In this document: in pieces, positions 56,309-64,000 of the stretch
Layout: the number at the start of each line of letters is the position of its first letter
Numbering within the stretch: the stretch's first letter is position 1
Source: an uncultured Desulfobacterales bacterium
Lineage (GTDB): Bacteria > Desulfobacterota > Desulfobacteria > Desulfobacterales > B30-G6
DNA length: 64,000 nucleotides
Assembly: GCA_964452555.1 (NCBI GenBank)
Contig: CAYVMI010000024.1
Coordinates: 11,250-75,249 of the forward strand
Direction of reading: 5' to 3'
Notes under the pieces: generated by a model
Told to the model about the DNA's origin: nothing
Database searches by the model: none
Seen by the model: the letters and a program-made list of their open reading frames with translations, nothing else
Position numbers and translations under genes: made by a program

Positions 56309-57838
56309 ATGGATAAAAACGAGTTCTTTCGCCAAGCAACATTGCGGATCTGCGGTAATCTGGAGATTGAACAAGCCATGCACTCCCTCCTCCTGTTCCT
56401 GAAAGACTGCATGCCCATATCCAAAATGATACTGCAGCTTTATGACCGCAACTACCGCGCCATGCGAACCATTGCTGAGGCCGACGAGACCGGCGGCAGC
56501 AAACAGGATTTGCTGACGCCGCTATCCAAGGTTGCCGGTGAAATGGCCGCCAATGCCCCCAAGGAACCGGACATATTTCTGATCGAAGATCCCATGGCCC
56601 ATGCCGTTAGTCGTGAGATGACGAAGTTTCACGGCATTCAGGCCAAATCGATCATGCTCCTGGTTCTCAGGACCGGCGGTGAGACCCTCGGCTATTTGGT
56701 TCTTGTCGCTATGGGACCGGATAAATTTGTGGACGAAAACTTGGATTGGGTGCTTTTGTTAAAAGAACCTTTTGTAATCGCCATGGCGAACACCCTCAAG
56801 CATAGACAAGTCCTCAAATTGAACGACCTGTTGGCAGATGACAATCGTTATCTGCACGGAGAATTGCGGCGTTTATCGGGTGATGAAATTGTGGGGGCCA
56901 ATTTCGGATTGAAACAGGTGATGAACAAAGTGCAGCAGGTCGCTTCCCTGGACAGTCCGGTATTGCTGCTGGGTGAAACCGGCACGGGTAAAGATGTGAT
57001 TGCCAACGCCATCCACTTTTCTTCTGCTCGCAGCGACGGCCCCTTTGTGAGCGTCAACTGCGGCGCAATACCCGATACCCTGATAGACAGTGAGTTATTT
57101 GGCCATGAGAAAGGCGCTTTTACGGGAGCGCTTTCACAAAAGCGGGGACGTTTTGAACGGGCCAATAAGGGCACTATTTTTTTAGATGAAATCGGCGAGC
57201 TCCCGCTACAAGCCCAGGTGCGGCTACTGAAAGTATTGCAAAGCAGAGAGATCGAGCGTGTGGGCGGTGTCAAAACCATATCACTGGACATTCGCATTAT
57301 AGCGGCTACAAACCGGGATTTGGAAGAAATGGTGGCGAACCAGCAATTTCGTGAGGATTTGTGGTTTCGGATTAATGTCTTCCCCATCTGGATTCCCCCG
57401 CTGCGGGATAGACCCATGGATTTACCGGCTTTAATTCAGCACTTTATCGACCATAAAGCCAGAGAACTCAAACTCCCCCAAATTCCGACGATTACACCCG
57501 GGGCCATCGAGCCCTTGATCTCCTATCATTGGCCTGGCAATGTGCGCGAGCTCGAAAACATTATCGAACGCACGCTGATTCTCAATCCCAGAGGCCCCCT
57601 CACCTTCGATCATCTAAATTTAAGCCTATCCCAACGGAATTCATCCGTACAGGGTGAACAATCAGAAACCGATAATCTGGATATGATCATTGCCAGCCAT
57701 ATTCGCCGTGTATTGGTTCACGCTAAGGGCCGCGTCAACGGGCCCGATGGTGCCGCCGCCCGTCTGGGCATTAATCCCAGCACCTTACGAAACCGCATGA
57801 AGAAATTGGGAATTGCCTATGGCCGCAAACATACATAA
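56309..57838 (+). CDS. Sigma-54-dependent transcriptional activator (GAF-like sensor, AAA+, Fis-type HTH)
   Basis: GETGTGKDVIANAIH Walker A, ELFGHEKGAFTGA (GAFTGA loop), the WPGNVRELEN motif and a C-terminal HTH. Confidence 0.9.
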   Translation: MDKNEFFRQATLRICGNLEIEQAMHSLLLFLKDCMPISKMILQLYDRNYRAMRTIAEADETGGSKQDLLTPLSKVAGEMAANAPKEPDIFLIEDPMAHAVSREMTKFHGIQAKSIMLLVLRTGGETLGYLVLVAMGPDKFVDENLDWVLLLKEPFVIAMANTLKHRQVLKLNDLLADDNRYLHGELRRLSGDEIVGANFGLKQVMNKVQQVASLDSPVLLLGETGTGKDVIANAIHFSSARSDGPFVSVNCGAIPDTLIDSELFGHEKGAFTGALSQKRGRFERANKGTIFLDEIGELPLQAQVRLLKVLQSREIERVGGVKTISLDIRIIAATNRDLEEMVANQQFREDLWFRINVFPIWIPPLRDRPMDLPALIQHFIDHKARELKLPQIPTITPGAIEPLISYHWPGNVRELENIIERTLILNPRGPLTFDHLNLSLSQRNSSVQGEQSETDNLDMIIASHIRRVLVHAKGRVNGPDGAAARLGINPSTLRNRMKKLGIAYGRKHT

Positions 57839-59501
57839 CAAACTCAAACTCCTCCAGCTCAAATACCTAATGATGTTCTTCAACTTCATTGCCATTTCCA
57901 TCGGCGTGTTCACCGTGTTTATTTTGAGCTATCGTTCCATCTCCCCGCCTACACCCGAGATAGAGCGCTTAACCTGGCGGATAGCACTTGTTCTGGAACC
58001 CATCGGATTCTTTTTGCTTATCGGATTGATAATCCTTTTTGAACGGCCCATCCGACGCTACCTGGATTTGACTTATCAACGTGCAGCGATTCCGCCGGAG
58101 CTGGAGATGAAGGCCCGCCAACGTTTGCTGAACGAACCTTTCTTCTTAATCGGACTCGATTTTATTTGGTGGATGCTGGCCGCCGCCCTATATCCCATCT
58201 CCTATTACCAATACAGTGCCGGTGAAATGATCATAGGCCGGGCCTTGCTGCAAAACATCCTGATTGGTTTGGTTACGACCACAACCGCCTTTTTCATCTT
58301 GGAGTACGTACTCCAGAAAATGATGGTCCCCTATTTTTTCCCCACCGGCGGACTCTACATGACACCTAAAACCCTGCGCATACGCATACGCAACCGCCTG
58401 GCGGCTCTGCTGGTTGCCTGCAACCTGGTCCCGTTTCTCGCCATTTTCGCGATACTGCGGGGCACTTACCGGATTGATCTGGATCCGGCCAAACTGATGG
58501 AAATGCTCCGGCCGGCCATTATGAGTGTCGTCATTTTCGGGGTAGTGGTCGGCGTCGGTCTGACCCTGCTGGTGAGCGGAACCATCACGCGCCCCTTAAA
58601 TGAGATCATCCGGGTACTCAAACGGGTGCGCGACGGACATTTTGACGGTAAGGTACGGGTGACCTCCAATGATGAAATCGGATACACCGGCGATGTCATT
58701 AACGAAATGACGGAAGGTCTCAAGGAGCGCAACCGCATGCGTTCTGCGCTCGAACTGGCGAAGGAGGTGCAACAGCACTTTCTGCCGGATTCCGACCCGC
58801 TTATTCCTGGTTTGGATATTGCCGGCCGGAGTATTTATTGCGAACGCACCGGCGGGGATTACCTTGATTATCTGGATTTCGGGACCCCTCAGGCAGGCAG
58901 GGTCGGCATTGCCGTGGGCGACGTGAGCGGCCACGGCATACCTTCAGCTTTATTAATGGCTTCGGTTCGGGCCTCATTGCGCCAAAGAATCCAATTGCCC
59001 GGAAGTCTGGCAGACATCATTTCCGATGTAAACCGTCATATGGCCCAGGATGTAAGAGAATCAGGCCGCTTTATGACCCTTTACTACAGTGAAATCAACA
59101 CCCGTAAGCAAACTATCCAATGGGTTCGTGCCGGGCATGATCCGGCCATTTTCTATGATCCGGAGACCGATGTTTTCGAAGATCTGAAGGGTCCGGGCTT
59201 GGCCCTGGGCGTGGACAGTGAATGGCAATACAGCGAAAACCAGCGGTCCGGTCTAAAACCCGGCCAAATCATTTTGATGGCCACAGATGGAATTTGGGAA
59301 GCCCGTAATCCCGAGGGACAAACATTTGGGAAAAAAGCGTTGCGTGATATTATCCGTCAAAACGCCGCTGCCAGCGCCCAGGAATTGCTGCGGGCCATTC
59401 TGCTGGCTGTAGAGAGCTTCCGGGAAGGTATTCCATCCGAGGACGATGTGACCCTGGTCATTATTAAGGTGGAACCGGCTTTTGCTAAATCGAGTCCTTA
59501 A
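57813..59501 (+). CDS. Membrane HAMP-domain PP2C/SpoIIE-family phosphatase
   Basis: Multiple TM helices and HAMP (ITRPLNEIIRVLKRV). PP2C motifs GGDYLDY, VGDVSGHG, ATDGIWE and DDVTLV. ATG 57870 is an alternative start. Confidence 0.85.
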   Translation: MPMAANIHNKLKLLQLKYLMMFFNFIAISIGVFTVFILSYRSISPPTPEIERLTWRIALVLEPIGFFLLIGLIILFERPIRRYLDLTYQRAAIPPELEMKARQRLLNEPFFLIGLDFIWWMLAAALYPISYYQYSAGEMIIGRALLQNILIGLVTTTTAFFILEYVLQKMMVPYFFPTGGLYMTPKTLRIRIRNRLAALLVACNLVPFLAIFAILRGTYRIDLDPAKLMEMLRPAIMSVVIFGVVVGVGLTLLVSGTITRPLNEIIRVLKRVRDGHFDGKVRVTSNDEIGYTGDVINEMTEGLKERNRMRSALELAKEVQQHFLPDSDPLIPGLDIAGRSIYCERTGGDYLDYLDFGTPQAGRVGIAVGDVSGHGIPSALLMASVRASLRQRIQLPGSLADIISDVNRHMAQDVRESGRFMTLYYSEINTRKQTIQWVRAGHDPAIFYDPETDVFEDLKGPGLALGVDSEWQYSENQRSGLKPGQIILMATDGIWEARNPEGQTFGKKALRDIIRQNAAASAQELLRAILLAVESFREGIPSEDDVTLVIIKVEPAFAKSSP

Positions 59502-60083
59502 CACGCAAATTCCAAACAGCAAATAGGGGGATGCCCTACTCTATTCCCCCGAAGATCATATATCCAACGTGGTCATTAAGATGGGATCAACTCTCGATTC
59601 CAATTCAATTAATAAATTCATTAGTTTGGTAGCAATAAATGATGGTATCTGCAAATGCTATGAACCGGTTATAATCTCAACATACGTCAGTTTCAACCAA
59701 ACGTGAGATATGGTATCAAGTATCACATGTCCCCACGTTCTCGGCGAGTTGATGGTATCATAACCTTTTTGCTTTCCGGAATGTTAGGTTTCTAGCAGGA
59801 TTTCGAAATGAACCAAATGTTAGATGCTCTCAATTCATCTCAGGTTCTGCTTTGAAGGCTTATTAGTGAATTCTTCAGTTTCGTATTATTTTCACCGACA
59901 ACAATATATGATAGCTAAATGTTTTATGTAACTGGTAATCATTTCCATCCTTCAACAGTATGAAAAATCGGCTTTCAATGGTAATCATAAGATATTTTCA
60001 GATTAAAAGATTCTCATCAATCGTTTTCGTCGCAATCTTTTTGCCAATTACCATACACCAGAACAATTATCACAAGGTTTAAA

Positions 60084-62312
60084 ATGAACAAAAAATTTTG
60101 TCACTACCGTCAACTCCTTTATCTACTCATCATAATCATCATCGCAGCTGGTTGCGCCTCTACCAAGAGCCGGTTTCGCAAAGCCGCCTCTAAAAATACT
60201 GTTGAAGCATATGAAGCCTTCATCAATAATCCTGAAAACAAAGGGCCGCTGGTAGATAAAAGCAGAAAAAGGATCGAACAACTCCTCTTTGACAATGCCT
60301 GCAAGGAAGGCAGCATTCAGGCGTTTGAAAAATACCTGGAAATTTATCCGGAAGGGAAACATGCGGATGAAGCCAGGATGAGGGTCCAAAACATCCAATT
60401 TTTCAAGGCTCGAGGGGAAAACACGATAGCGGCATTCGAAGCATTCTTGAAAAAATACCCATCTGGGGAGAATGCGGATTCGATTAAAAAGCTATATGAA
60501 TATTCATATTTCAGGAGAGTCAGCAAAGAAGACCGGATAGAGGGCTATGAAAGCTATTTGAAAACATTTCCGCAAGGGCAGAATGCCCGTAAAAGCAAAT
60601 CCAGATTGGCGGCCCTGTACCAGTTAAAAATGGAGGGTGAAAATAATATTGAGGTCTTACGTGCCTTTATTCATCGTTTCCCGAAAAACAAACAGGTTCC
60701 GCACATCCGTGAAAAAATAGCCTGGCTGAAAATAAAAGGGAAAACGGATTTCTCGCTTTTTGATAAATATCTCAGGGCTTACCCCAAGGGCAGTTATTTC
60801 AAACAGGCTCTATCAGAAGCTGACGATCTTTTCTATTCACAGACAGTAAAAAGAAACCGACAAGACGGCTACCTTGACTATTGTCGAAAATTTCCGGGCG
60901 GGAAACATCAGGAGGCGGCAAAGGCCTGGCTGCTTAAAAAATATACCCAGGAAGAGCAAACGGCCTTTAAAAAGGCGAAAAAAGATCATTCATCGCAGGC
61001 CTATATCAAATTCCTCGCAAAATATCCTTCCGGCGAAAACTCAATAACCGCCTTAAACATTTTAAAGAGTCGCGCCTCCGCGGAACTGCAATCCTATATC
61101 GATTATTTCCATTCGAAGGATGACGTGAAAAAGGCCTACGGTGCATACTATATCGGAGAGTTAGGCAGTCGAGCACCACTTGCGGTGCCATTTTTATTGT
61201 CACAACTCAATAATAGGGAGTCGCTGATATGGCTGGAACGAGGTAAAAAAACCTCACCCGCACAAGAAGCGGCAAAGGCACTGGTTAAGATCGGAGACGC
61301 CGCAGTGGATCCTTTGATTCAGACGATAAAAAATCGTGACTACGGCACGGGCAATGCCATGTGGGCATTGGGAGAACTGAGGACTAAAAAAGCAGTCCCC
61401 GAGCTGATCAGTGCTTTAAAGAAAAATTGGTGGAAAGAGGAAGCAGCTATTGCTTTAGGCAAAATCGGCGACAAAAGGGCCGACAGACCGTTGATGGAGG
61501 TGTTAATTGATAAGGATTACAGGGTACGTGAATCCGCCGTTGAAGCTTTGAACCAAATCGTGCCGGATTGGCGCAAGAGCAAAGACATCCAAGAGTTCCT
61601 GCCGGCCATTATTAAAAGTCTAAAAAGTAAGGACATTTACATCGGCAACGCCTCAGCTGTTATTTTAGGTGAAATTGGTGACAAAAAGGCGGTGGTCCCG
61701 CTCTTAGATGCCCTGTCACGTCAGGAGCGGTTCGTCAAGCAGGAAGCAGCTGTGTCCTTGGGACGAATCGGCGACAAACTGGCTGTCGAGGGACTCATCG
61801 CCGCATTGCGGGACCCCAATAAATATGTAAAAGAAAATTCCGCAAGGGCATTGGGGGAAATCGGTGACCGGCGGGCAGTCGGACCGATCGTTCAAATGTT
61901 GAAACAAGAAAAAGAGGAGCAGGTTTTGATTGCTGCCGTGAATTCTCTCGGTGAGCTGAAGGATAAGCGGTCGGTCAAGGCGTTGATAACCCTATCCAAC
62001 CATCAATACCAGACGATCAAGGCGGATTCTATCCTCGCCTTGGGAAAAATCGGCGATTCACGCGCGGTTGAGCCAATTATAAAATTGCTTAAGGACGATG
62101 ATGAATATTGCAGATACCGGGCTGTACTTGCATTAGGCTTATTAAAAGATAATCGGGCTGTCGGGCCCATCATCCATCAATTGTTTGAAAAGGAAAAAGA
62201 TCTTCGGACCGACGTTGCCATTAGCACGCTGAAAGAACTGACAGCTCAAAATCACAACAGCCCTGATGCGTGGCTGGCGTGGTGGAAAAAGCAGTCCGGA
62301 GAATACCAATAA
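60084..62312 (+). CDS. Lipoprotein with eight ~35-aa N-terminal repeats and C-terminal HEAT (PBS-lyase-type) repeats
   Basis: Lipobox IAAGC. Repeats of the form AFExYLxxYPxGxxAxxA. The C-terminal half has many ALGxIGDxRAVxPL units. Confidence 0.8.
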   Translation: MNKKFCHYRQLLYLLIIIIIAAGCASTKSRFRKAASKNTVEAYEAFINNPENKGPLVDKSRKRIEQLLFDNACKEGSIQAFEKYLEIYPEGKHADEARMRVQNIQFFKARGENTIAAFEAFLKKYPSGENADSIKKLYEYSYFRRVSKEDRIEGYESYLKTFPQGQNARKSKSRLAALYQLKMEGENNIEVLRAFIHRFPKNKQVPHIREKIAWLKIKGKTDFSLFDKYLRAYPKGSYFKQALSEADDLFYSQTVKRNRQDGYLDYCRKFPGGKHQEAAKAWLLKKYTQEEQTAFKKAKKDHSSQAYIKFLAKYPSGENSITALNILKSRASAELQSYIDYFHSKDDVKKAYGAYYIGELGSRAPLAVPFLLSQLNNRESLIWLERGKKTSPAQEAAKALVKIGDAAVDPLIQTIKNRDYGTGNAMWALGELRTKKAVPELISALKKNWWKEEAAIALGKIGDKRADRPLMEVLIDKDYRVRESAVEALNQIVPDWRKSKDIQEFLPAIIKSLKSKDIYIGNASAVILGEIGDKKAVVPLLDALSRQERFVKQEAAVSLGRIGDKLAVEGLIAALRDPNKYVKENSARALGEIGDRRAVGPIVQMLKQEKEEQVLIAAVNSLGELKDKRSVKALITLSNHQYQTIKADSILALGKIGDSRAVEPIIKLLKDDDEYCRYRAVLALGLLKDNRAVGPIIHQLFEKEKDLRTDVAISTLKELTAQNHNSPDAWLAWWKKQSGEYQ

Positions 62313-62564
62313 AACAGAGAGAATCTTGTCTGATCCTCCGGGTTACCCCCATCGGCTAACATTATCCCTATTTGAGAAGATGGGGTTGACCCGTCCGAAT
62401 GGCGTCCCCGATCAACTTAACGGCAATTTGGGCTTCATCGCTGTTTTGTACACCTGACATATCTCCAACATATCTAAAACACGTAAGGCTCTTGAAAGGC
62501 TGTGATATCAAACTGTCAATTGTAGAAATGATCAGCTACTGATATCTGATAATTCTAATACAGG

Positions 62565-64000
62565 TCAGGAAAGTTTAAGCCAACGAATGCTATTGGATCG
62601 GCATGATGGGCAAGTCCGCTCCATTTCCATTTGGTATTTATCCTGCCATTGATTATCACATCGCATGCAAACGAATCCGGCCTGGGTACCCTCATCCTTC
62701 GGCTTGGGATTAAGCGGCCGCGGCACCTTGGCCTTTTCCAAAGCTACCCGGGTTCGGTCTATCTCCGCCGCATCAACGGTTTGACGTTTGGTTTCAACCG
62801 CCTCCATGATGGATTGCCAGCGGGCGCCTTCCGCCGCCGAACACCATTCCAGCATAAGCCGATCCGGTCGCAGCTCGACTTTTTCCAAACCGTTCCACAA
62901 TCCATCCACTCGCCGGACGGTACTGCGATTGGCATCGATGTAATGGCAATCCACATAGTGGCATCCGGAAACCAGCACCACCGGCGCACCCATTTTAAAT
63001 GCATACCAGACGAATTCCGGATTGACCCGGGCCGAACACATGGTACGGATGATGCGTGCATTGGGCGGGTAAACCATGCGGGCCACACCGGCTGTATCGG
63101 CGCCGGCATAGGAGCACCAGTTGCAGGCAAAGGTCACAATTTTGTCCGCCGGGTTATGCTCCAGGATAGCGTCGATCTGGGCATAAATAGCCTGATCGGT
63201 AAAATGACGCATTTCAATGGCACCATGGCGGCATTCGGCCGCACAGTTTCCGCATCCCACACAGGCCGCACTGGTGAGGTGAGGCAGCTCCTTTTTTGCC
63301 CAGGATATGGCACCGAATGGACACACGTCGGCACACTGACCGCACATTTTGCATAGCTCCGCATCCAGTACCGACGTTATGGCCTCAACTGAAAAGGTAT
63401 CTTTTTTAAGCAGAATATTGCTTTTGGATGCAGCCGCCCCAGCCTGGGTGACGCTTTCACGGACATCTTTGGGGCTCTCGGCACAGCCGGCAATAAACAC
63501 GCCTTTGGTGGGTGTATTAACCGGCAGCAGCTTGGCATGCGCTTCCTTTAAAAACCCATTGGGAGACTTGGAAAGACTCACCAGCCTGCGGATCGATTCG
63601 GTATCGGTCGCCGGTTTGGCTCCCACAGCCAATACAATCATATCGAATTCATGCTGCTCCAGGCGCTTGGCAGTGGTATTTTCCACCGTCACCGCAAGAT
63701 TGCCGGTCTCAGTGTTTTCAACTACATCGCCGGGCAAACCGCGGATATAGCGCACACCGCTTTGTTTGCTGCGCATGAGCAGTTCTTCGAATCCTTTGCC
63801 AAAGGCACGCAGGTCCATGTAAAACACGGTAATATCGATTTCCGGGTAATTGTCTTTGAGATATTGGGTTGCCTTGATGGTGTTCATGCAACAAATATTG
63901 GAGCAATAGGGGTAGCCCCGGTCGGCATCCCGGGTGCGGGAACCCACACATTGGATAAAGGCAACGTGCCGGGGCTTTTTTAAATCGCTGGGACGCCCGA
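62565..64000 (-). CDS. HdrA-like FAD/FeS oxidoreductase fused to an MvhD domain with a C-terminal zinc-ribbon tail; N-terminus outside window
   Basis: The frame stays open upstream of the track start to the window edge (..KPRHVAFIQCVGSRTRD..). Two 4Fe-4S motifs (CKMCGQCADVCP, CVGCGNCAAEC). MvhD signature FACNWCSYAGAD...SGCH..DCHY. Tail CMRCDN...CPSCRS. Confidence 0.85.
   Translation of the reverse strand, partial: GRPSDLKKPRHVAFIQCVGSRTRDADRGYPYCSNICCMNTIKATQYLKDNYPEIDITVFYMDLRAFGKGFEELLMRSKQSGVRYIRGLPGDVVENTETGNLAVTVENTTAKRLEQHEFDMIVLAVGAKPATDTESIRRLVSLSKSPNGFLKEAHAKLLPVNTPTKGVFIAGCAESPKDVRESVTQAGAAASKSNILLKKDTFSVEAITSVLDAELCKMCGQCADVCPFGAISWAKKELPHLTSAACVGCGNCAAECRHGAIEMRHFTDQAIYAQIDAILEHNPADKIVTFACNWCSYAGADTAGVARMVYPPNARIIRTMCSARVNPEFVWYAFKMGAPVVLVSGCHYVDCHYIDANRSTVRRVDGLWNGLEKVELRPDRLMLEWCSAAEGARWQSIMEAVETKRQTVDAAEIDRTRVALEKAKVPRPLNPKPKDEGTQAGFVCMRCDNQWQDKYQMEMERTCPSCRSNSIRWLKLS

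Noticed and set aside
1-64000. Looked for CRISPR arrays, rRNA/tRNA genes, IS elements, integrases, toxin-antitoxin pairs and restriction-modification genes.
   Set aside because: I saw no regularly spaced 25-40-bp repeats, no rRNA/tRNA signatures, and no DDE, tyrosine- or serine-recombinase motifs in any listed ORF.

Overview
This is 64 kb of bacterial chromosome. The gene content suggests an anaerobic, sulfate-reducer-like deltaproteobacterium (Desulfobacterales type); this is inference only. The supporting genes are an HdrA-MvhD fusion, three non-pyrrolysine MttB-family methyltransferases plus a fragment, a sigma-54 activator, stacked hybrid histidine kinases and a possible UGA-selenoprotein.

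Layout:
1. 0-15.4 kb: plus-strand catabolic cluster. It holds two MttB genes, a TIM-barrel protein, a crotonase, an AMP-ligase, a GntR regulator, a three-subunit molybdo-hydroxylase, a cupin, a DUF2848-like protein, a C-N hydrolase, a PreA-like flavoenzyme and a divergent aminotransferase.
2. 15.4-22.8 kb: visibly AT-rich accessory island. It carries an archaeal/eukaryal-type Orc1/Cdc6 AAA+ protein. Directly upstream are TTCC-N4-GGAA dyad repeats bracketing an AT-rich tract. The island also holds several ORFans with hairpin or operator-like leaders, and a YcaO gene divergent from an NHLP-type RiPP precursor.
3. 22.8-30.3 kb: class III cyclase-TPR protein, an S8 protease with no signal peptide, an EamA transporter, an OmpA lipoprotein and a lipase.
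4. 30.5-31.9 kb: 1.4 kb without credible ORFs, with a strong minus-strand intrinsic terminator, dispersed repeats and an extreme AT tract.
5. 31.9-36.9 kb: USP, Na/Pi cotransporter, CBS protein, PAP2 phosphatase, PduO-type adenosyltransferase and an FNR-like reductase.
6. 36.9-45.0 kb: three hybrid histidine kinases on the minus strand, interleaved with a secreted tandem rhodanese. Its active-site loop carries two in-frame TGA codons followed by a SECIS-like hairpin.
7. 45-48.6 kb: small membrane proteins and DMT transporters.
8. 49-55.5 kb: methionine-gamma-lyase-like PLP enzyme, a third MttB flanked by inverted heptamer arrays, a GPH/MFS transporter, a flavodoxin, a DUF169 protein and a DJ-1/PfpI protein.
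9. 55.6-59.5 kb: sigma-54 activator and a HAMP-PP2C phosphatase.
10. 60-62.3 kb: HEAT-repeat lipoprotein.
11. 62.6-64 kb: HdrA-MvhD fusion, running off the window.

I saw no rRNA, tRNA, CRISPR array, transposase or integrase. The most unusual candidates are the Orc1/Cdc6 gene with its origin-like repeat module, the double-UGA rhodanese, the minimal YcaO/NHLP pair and the ORF-free repeat locus at 30.5-31.6 kb. All family assignments come from motifs read by eye; no searches were run.
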